NCBI GenBank assembly: GCA_964019425.1
Contig: OZ025800.1
Span: 1,178,001 to 1,242,000 of the forward strand
Reading direction: 5' to 3'
Source of the DNA: Flectonema sp. DT1601
Taxonomy: Eukaryota
DNA: 64,000 nucleotides
The notes beneath the pieces are model-generated. The model ran no database searches and had not been told where the DNA came from. It worked only from the letters and a program-made list of their open reading frames with translations. Positions 57,064 to 64,000 of this stretch are shown here, piece after piece; positions within the stretch are counted from its first letter, which is position 1; each line of letters opens with the position of its first letter. Position numbers and translations under genes: made by a program.

Positions 57064-59201
57064 ATGCTCAGCTCTCGAATACAGAGCCCACGAACACCAG
57101 TTAGAAGTATTTCAATATGTGGTAGGCCGCTTCCAGTCAATGCAGTTGCCTGCAGTCCTGGGCCTCGTTATAATCTGCCAGGTGGGATAGGAACTACTGG
57201 TCCCATGGTTACAATGAAACATAGACATTCAAAAGACGGGGATTTGATCCCAATGCCAGGTCCTGGAGAATACAATCCCGACTCCAAACTACGATGGAAG
57301 AATGCGCCAGGTTATAGTTTCGGTGGTTCCAATCCCAAAGAAGACATTCATGAAGAAGGAAAACGTTGTAAACCTGCAATGGGTGAAGCAATCACAGCGA
57401 GTGAACCAGGACCTGGTCATTACGCCAACGACTCGCTTGATATTTCTAAGAAGCCTTCACAACTATCGGGATGGCGTGTATCTAAGTTACACAATGAAGA
57501 CCCTCGTAGATTTAACCACAGTGGCGCTTCTATAGGAACTCCGGCACCGAAAGAACGGGTCAGTAAAAACATACCTGGTCCTGGCTCGTATTCACCTCAG
57601 AGAGACAACAGGGGACATCGTTCATTTTATAATCAATCGTATAATAAAACGGGTACAATGAAACCACCAGCCCGATCTGAAAAACGAACAGAAGACATGG
57701 CAGCACCTGGTCCTGGTGCTTATGACACGAGTCGCTTTGATATGGCAAAGCAAGCAGCTGCACATCCAACAACAATGGCGGGAAGACCTTTTGAGACAGA
57801 AGACGATCCTGTCCCTGGTCCCGGTTACTACAATCACTCAAGAATTACGAACGCCCTTCGAACAAAAAGTGTACACGGGCCGAAGTTTAGACCTGTTCCT
57901 CCCAACAAATCAAGTTCCATTCCGGGGTCCCCTGGTCCTGGGGAATACGAAATCATGAGCACCATCGCACCGCCTGGTTCAGGAGCGACAATAAAACATC
58001 GCAGAACTAATTTTGTGAGATCTCCAAGATGTCCTCATCAGAGAGGAGAAGTGGTCGGAGTAATGTTATCGAGCAGTGGTCCTGTAATGAAGGCGACAAT
58101 AAAGGAAACCTGGCCAGGGGAGACTGAAGCTTCAACATCTGGCTATCGGGTAGTATTCGATGGTAGTGTAGAGAGAGATATCGGAGGTCACCAAGTAACG
58201 AAGTGGCATGGCGGAGTGGGTCCTGGTGCCTACGATCCTGTTGGAGGAATGGGAAAGTGGGGTCCTCGTTACACTATTCAAGGTCCTTCTCCATTTACAT
58301 CAATGGCAGTAAGCGAATCTCGTAAAACACGAGACAACCCTGGACCAAGTCAGTATTTTAAGGATGGAAGACTTCCCAGAGCAGTGGGAACTGACAGTCG
58401 AGTCAGTACGATGGGCAGCCGCACAGAAATCGCCCAACGACTTAACAACGTTGGACCTGGTGGAGGTGCCAGCGGTGTTTATAATCCAAAATATGACTTT
58501 CAACCGTATCCTTCTTTTGCGAAGGGAGTATCGCTGTCCTTTCGAAGTTATATTGAAGTTCGGGTCATTGCGGAATGTGATGAGGTTCAGAGGCTGTGCG
58601 AAGAAGCGGGTATTGTTGAGTGGAAAGGGGGAGGAGAATGGCGATCAGCCAGACAGGATCAAGATGATATGGCTAAGGATGATTACTGCGGCAAAACTGG
58701 TGCATTCATACAACAAGGAGGGCTACTTAGAGTTAAAGCGCATTCTCACGCGGAGGGACCAAACAGACTTCAAAGTAGAGGACAATCTTTCGCTCCTTGG
58801 TTATGTTACAGCAATAAGTCAAAAGACTCTATTAGAATTCAATTTGAAGACGGCACCATTTGGACGTTTCCTCCTGCTGCTGTTCAGAGACACGGGATAC
58901 CTTTTGACCAGGCAAATCAGAGATGGCCTCTCCCGTTAACAAACACCGATGGTGGGCCAGCAACGTATTCGCAAAACTTTGATTGCACCCAACAATCATC
59001 ACCAACTGTAACGATATGTGGGAGAGCACAAGAAGTTCCAGCAGCTGATGGTCCTGGGCCAGGTCAGTATGATATTCCTTCTGGTCTATCTGTATGTTAT
59101 TATCTGTTATTGTATTTAGAGATGTTTTAAGAACAACATTTGTTATTATAAAAAATAATTCACAACAGGAGCGGGCAGTAGTTATTGGAACTAGTCTCTG
59201 A
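57064..59201 (+). CDS. SHIPPO/ODF3-type PGPGxY-repeat axonemal protein with inserted Tudor/SH3-like domains; exons 57064-59091 and 59169-59201
   Basis: About 12 PGP(G)xY-type repeats. ATG at 57064 follows AAACAG. A 77-nt phase-0 intron (GTATGT..cacaaCAG) adds ERAVVIGTSL*, which completes the last repeat. Confidence 0.85.
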
Positions 59202-59904
59202 GACTCTCAAACAAGGCGATGCCGTCTTCTGATGGTTCTTTCAACTTGGAATTCTACTCCTCACCGACAGTAAGGAAAAGCTAAAGGAAGACGATTGTAG
59301 CTCCGATGAAGAGAAGTCGCACTCATCAATAAACGAGCAGTAGTTGAAGAAATAGACTCCGCCGATCAAAAGTAAATATAACCTAACCCGTCCTAACGAG
59401 CTCTGGTTGATTTTAAGAAATCAGTTCTTTTGAACAGATTGATGAATCTGATTTATCAAAAAACTGAATGAAGCCCCCGGAACTTACTAATGCGAACAGT
59501 AGTACGTATTCTGCAGTGTTGAGTGGGCAGCTGTGTTTTTTTTACATTTCTTTTTATATCTTGATAACAACCCATATTCCTCTTCCTTGGTAAATCGCTT
59601 ATCTTCCAATGCTCTTCGACTTCTCAATTGAAGAAGAGAAATTTGCAACAGTTTCTGTGTCGACAGATATGAATTCGGCTTACACGCATTCTGTACCTAG
59701 CATTGTTCTTTACAGATTTTTTGCTTGGTGCCTGCCTATCCACTTGCTCTCTCTCACTGTGAAGCACAGCTTCGTGGTGAATATTGTATTTTTATGCTTT
59801 TGTACGCAACATTTTAGCCGTTGACAGGGCGAGAGTCTCATGTGTTTTGTGTTTTTAGGTTGTGATTTATAATTACTACACAGCTTCTCAAACTAAACTA
59901 CTAC

Positions 59905-62862
59905 ATGAGGAATGAAAGGATTCACAGAGAGGAGTGCTGTTCAAAACAAGACTTTGAGTCACTCCTGAGGACGATAGAAAAGGAAGAAGTGGGGCCTCCA
60001 AACTATTTGGAGCATAAAGAAACACTAGACGATCTGTATTTTACCAGGAAGAGTTGGTTTCGACAAGGGGGAGCTGAAAAGAGAGCATTTCTAATTTTCT
60101 ACGAGAAGTACAGTGCGAAATGGCAGAAGCCGTCAACGGGATCCAGACGGATGTTATCGGAAGAGGTTTTACACAAAAGGAGGCAGCTTGGGTTGCCGGA
60201 GAAATATAGTCCGAAATTTTGTCGAAATTTTGCCATCATACCCGAAAAGCTACCCAGAAGAAGTCTCCCGTCGCTTTCGGAAAGTGAAATTGAAGCCTTC
60301 GGAGAAGCAGTTCAACTGTTCGAATTGTTCCTTCAAAAGAAAGCACTCGCAGCTCTTCGTAAGAAGTCACTAACAACATTACAATTACCAATTCGATCTC
60401 AGGCACCTGACATATTGAAGGCCCTTGAGACCCACGACGTGATACTAATTGCTGGAGACACGGGTTCAGGGAAGTCAACACAAGTAGCACAAATACTATT
60501 GGAGTCAGAGAAGTACAACAATAGTAGAATTGTTTGTACTCAGCCGAGAAGACTGGCAGCAACATCTCTAGCGAGGAGGGTGGCAGATGAGATGATGGTA
60601 AGTGTTGGGGATAAAGTTGGGTATCAAGTTCGGTTTGATTCTGAACGTCGTGGTCGGCGAACTCAACTTCTTTTTGTAACTGAAGGAATACTATTACGAC
60701 ACATGACAAACGATAAACTCCTGGAGCAGTACGACATCATCATCGTTGATGAGGTTCACGAGCGTTCACTTACTACAGACTTTCTCCTTGGGTGTCTCAG
60801 AACTATTTTTAATCATCGTAAATTCAAGTGGATTTTAATGTCCGCCACTATCAACATCGAATCATTTCAGAGTTGGTTACCGCAGTGCGCAACCGTTCAA
60901 ATTCCGGGAAGGTTGTTCCCAATTCATACGACGCAACTATCAGAAGATGAAATCGCAAACGATGTTTCTGTCAATGATACCACTCGACTACTGAGGACTA
61001 ATCCTTTTATAAAAACTCTATTACAAATCGAGCGGGACTTTAGTGGTGAGACTGGCGACGTTTTGATATTCGTCTCGGGTGTTGCAGAAATTGATTGCTT
61101 GATAGCTGACATCAGATCCAATAATGAACTCCAAAATACTGTAACTCTCCCACTTCATGCGGGTATGCATCCAGAAGATCAAGACAAAGTCTTTAAGCCT
61201 CTTGTTGGGGGAAAGCGGAAGATAGTTGTGTCGACTAATGTTGCTGAAACTTCTGTAACTGTGGAAGGTATCCGCTGTGTTATAGACTCAGGAAAGGTTA
61301 AGACAATGACTTACGTACCTCACCTCAGAACCAGCAGCTTACAAGAGGATTGGATCAGCAAGTCGTCTGCTTCTCAACGGCAAGGTAGAGCTGGTAGAAC
61401 TGGACCTGGGAGGTGTTATCGTCTGTATTCAAAGGAAGAGTATTCTCTTTTCGATGATTTCACGAAACCTGAAATCCACCGAACCCCACTAGATAACGTG
61501 TTACTTCAAATTGTCTCACTCGGATTGTGCAACGTAAAGGAGTTTCCCTTCTTAGAACAACCTGATAAAGCAATAGTTGAAGTTTCTATTTCTAATTTAA
61601 TTCGTTTAAATTGCATCGCACTTCCGCAAGGATCCTCAACTCACAAAACAACTCCACTCGGCTCTTTAGTATCTCAATTACCAGTTGATATTGAAGTTGG
61701 TCGGATGCTTGTTGTTGCTTCAATCCTTCACCAGAATTGTAGCTTGCCTGCAGTCTTGGACAATTCCCTTACACTGGCAGCAGCTTTATCACTCAGTTCA
61801 CATGTTTTCTTGCGCGAGAAATCAGCCTCCAGCACTGTTCAGGAATACGATTCACCTCTTGGGGATCTCTTCACAGTTTTAAATATTTACAATCAGTGGC
61901 AGCGTCTGAAACGCAATCAGATCCGCAAGTGGTGCGCAGATCACTACGTCGACGAACGAAAGCTTATTGAAATGCAACGAGTGAGAAACCAGTTTAAAAA
62001 AGCACTTCAGGAAGGTATACAACCGCTGCTAAATATGAAGTCAAGGTGGGATCGAAAAAGGGCGAAACCAGAGACACCTAATATGGAAGTATTGCTTCTC
62101 GGGATTTTATCATATGGGTTGCCTCAAAATATTGCGACCCTTGCGCATGGCACTACGGGAAGTGAAGTACGACTGTGTACCTCCGAACGTGACGACGTAC
62201 AGTTTCATCCTAGTGGTGTCTTTTTTGAAAAAAACCCCTTCGCGGGATCACCAAGTAGCTGCATCGGTATACTCTACCAACGGTTGTTGGAAACCAGAAA
62301 GGCATATCTTGTGACGACCGTGAAGGTCTTCTTGCCTCCAGTTCTACTTCTAACGGCAGATGATATCGATGTTGGTCTTGATAGCGATGGTACTGACATA
62401 GCAAAGAGTATTATTGTGAATAATGAATTCTTAATTACGTTTATATCTGCGGAAGTCAAAAGAGAAGCTCTATCTCTGGCGATCTCACTTCGTCTTTCAA
62501 TAGACGATGCGGTGCTTCATGTGACCAGCAAGACTTCGTCAATTTATACCTTAAGAGACAATCTTCAAGATTGTCCTGAATTAGTTCCTGATTGGCTACG
62601 AGCTCCTTTTAATCAAAAAGATGAATGTAACAACTGTTCACAACTCTTAGATCAGCTCCTTTCACTTCCCCTTTCTTATGTGCAGACTGTAACTCGTCTT
62701 CCTCGAGATCAGATAATAAGAATGACCTTTCCTGCGTCTTTTAGGTCTTCAAATATTGACTTCAGATCTATCTCAAACTTGTCCGACTACAGACATCTCA
62801 AGTACGGTATTCAGGTTTGCCCTTTTGTTAGATACGCTGCGCTCTGTGTTGCCTCTGAATAG
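59905..62862 (+). CDS. DHX34: DEAH-box RNA helicase, DHX34-like
   Basis: LGLPEKYSPKFCRNF, FLQKKALAALRK..LPI, AGDTGSGKSTQV, DEVHER, STNVAETSVT, QRQGRAGRTGPG and LLETRKAYL; the flanking motifs are characteristic of DHX34. Confidence 0.8.
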   Translation: MRNERIHREECCSKQDFESLLRTIEKEEVGPPNYLEHKETLDDLYFTRKSWFRQGGAEKRAFLIFYEKYSAKWQKPSTGSRRMLSEEVLHKRRQLGLPEKYSPKFCRNFAIIPEKLPRRSLPSLSESEIEAFGEAVQLFELFLQKKALAALRKKSLTTLQLPIRSQAPDILKALETHDVILIAGDTGSGKSTQVAQILLESEKYNNSRIVCTQPRRLAATSLARRVADEMMVSVGDKVGYQVRFDSERRGRRTQLLFVTEGILLRHMTNDKLLEQYDIIIVDEVHERSLTTDFLLGCLRTIFNHRKFKWILMSATINIESFQSWLPQCATVQIPGRLFPIHTTQLSEDEIANDVSVNDTTRLLRTNPFIKTLLQIERDFSGETGDVLIFVSGVAEIDCLIADIRSNNELQNTVTLPLHAGMHPEDQDKVFKPLVGGKRKIVVSTNVAETSVTVEGIRCVIDSGKVKTMTYVPHLRTSSLQEDWISKSSASQRQGRAGRTGPGRCYRLYSKEEYSLFDDFTKPEIHRTPLDNVLLQIVSLGLCNVKEFPFLEQPDKAIVEVSISNLIRLNCIALPQGSSTHKTTPLGSLVSQLPVDIEVGRMLVVASILHQNCSLPAVLDNSLTLAAALSLSSHVFLREKSASSTVQEYDSPLGDLFTVLNIYNQWQRLKRNQIRKWCADHYVDERKLIEMQRVRNQFKKALQEGIQPLLNMKSRWDRKRAKPETPNMEVLLLGILSYGLPQNIATLAHGTTGSEVRLCTSERDDVQFHPSGVFFEKNPFAGSPSSCIGILYQRLLETRKAYLVTTVKVFLPPVLLLTADDIDVGLDSDGTDIAKSIIVNNEFLITFISAEVKREALSLAISLRLSIDDAVLHVTSKTSSIYTLRDNLQDCPELVPDWLRAPFNQKDECNNCSQLLDQLLSLPLSYVQTVTRLPRDQIIRMTFPASFRSSNIDFRSISNLSDYRHLKYGIQVCPFVRYAALCVASE

Positions 62863-63639
62863 CTAAATTATACACTTGATCGAAACATATCTGGAGCTCT
62901 TCAAGGTAATAAATTAGACAGACATAAGAATGAATACTATTGTTAGCTGAGGGTGATAATCGGTAGCAGAGTTTGGCTAACTGAATCTTTCGAAAGGTGT
63001 TGACTAAGTAGCTTTCAGTAGAAGTACTTTTAATAAAGAAAGCTACGTATCGAGCCGTGGTCACGTTCCACATCCATGTTGATTTGCCTTGCAGCTTTTG
63101 ATACGATTAATGTGTTATTTTAAGTACTTGCACTGAACCATGAGGCAAATCTCATAGTTTGTTTTTTGAGCTGGTTTTAATGTTGTTTTGAGAACTTTTA
63201 TTTGTTATACCCAGTCACTCACTAGATGCCAGAGCTGGCCTGATAAGGTGCTAACCAGGTCAGGATTAAAACAGACAGATGAATTTCAAATTCTTTGGAA
63301 TCTAGTCATGATTTATTTTCCCCGTGCGACAGGATTTGTCTGCGTTCAACGAAATATAAGGGTAATCTGGATGGTTTTTTATATTTTGTCTTCTCTACTT
63401 GCACAATAGCGATTTTAGTCGCATAGATACTGCAAAGAGAAACCAACAAAAATAAGCAACTATTTGTTTTGCAACTTTTGTTTTTACACTTTCAACAAGA
63501 CTTGCTTTTCGGCATGTCTTTTGTTGTTTGTTCAGAATATTTTGTGTCCGTGTGGGTGGGGTGCGGGACTCAATGGAAAGCTGTGAGTTTTCAATTTGAG
63601 GGACGTGTTCCAAATAACTTACTTACTTGCTCACTTGTA

Positions 63640-63938
63640 TTATGGCAAAGGCTTCCTTGGCTGTATTTCTTTTTTGCACAATTCTTAATACACCCAACAA
63701 CTCCAGCAAACAAAACACACAACACACAAACACACATACACACTTACCAAGTCACCATGGGTACAACGACCTGTACCTGAGTGACACAATGCCGGATGGA
63801 TTCCGTTGAGGGGATCGACTCCAGTATGACACTTTTTGTATCTTTCTTTTTATTTGCTCTTAAAATGCACACACTTACCCCTTTCTTATTCTTAAATCTT
63901 ATTAAAGTTACTCGATCGACTTCTTGTTGTCCGCGAGC
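63640..63938 (-). other. Candidate small exons of a minus-strand spliced transcript entering from the right edge
   Basis: Minus-strand GTAAGT donors at 63878 and 63747, and A-rich acceptors (gaaaCAG at about 63939, caaaAAG at 63832, aaataCAG at 63661). One joined frame reads RGQQEVDRVTLIRFKNKKG|CHTGVDPLNGIHPALCHSGTGRCTHGDL|PRKPLP*. Confidence 0.45.
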
Positions 63939-64000
63939 TGTTTCTTTTGAATGCTGTTGGATAGATATTGTTACTTCACTTTCACATATACAGACTCATA

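Noticed and set aside
1..64000. tRNA, rRNA, spliced-leader RNA or snRNA genes
   Set aside because: None recognised by eye. tRNAscan-SE and Infernal would be needed to exclude divergent ones.

Overview
Eukaryotic, AT-rich nuclear DNA, most consistent with a euglenozoan, probably a diplonemid (inference). About 20 protein-coding genes lie head-to-tail on the + strand. Most have an AG (often AAACAG/AACAG) shortly before the ATG, which fits spliced-leader trans-splicing, and several have GT-AG cis-introns with A-rich rather than pyrimidine-rich 3' ends. Positions 1-25.9 kb are gene-poor and repeat-rich. They hold three paralogous surface-protein genes that share a dermatopontin-like (DRxW x3) head: two continue into a PT(A)(V/I) mucin stalk and a multi-pass membrane domain, and one has a different single-pass body. 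The same region has a MITE-like inverted repeat, a structured dispersed repeat family and possible LINE remnants. Positions 25.9-62.9 kb are a dense housekeeping block: XRCC3-like, trehalase, Ubl-ankyrin, WDR90, a Spindle-E/DExH8-like helicase, Ubl-WD40, a DEK_C-HMG protein, TXNDC9/PhLP3, a SHIPPO-repeat protein and DHX34. Five genes were rebuilt by hand from split ORFs. A probable minus-strand multi-exon transcript enters at the right edge. All family calls come from motif recognition by eye; no searches were run.
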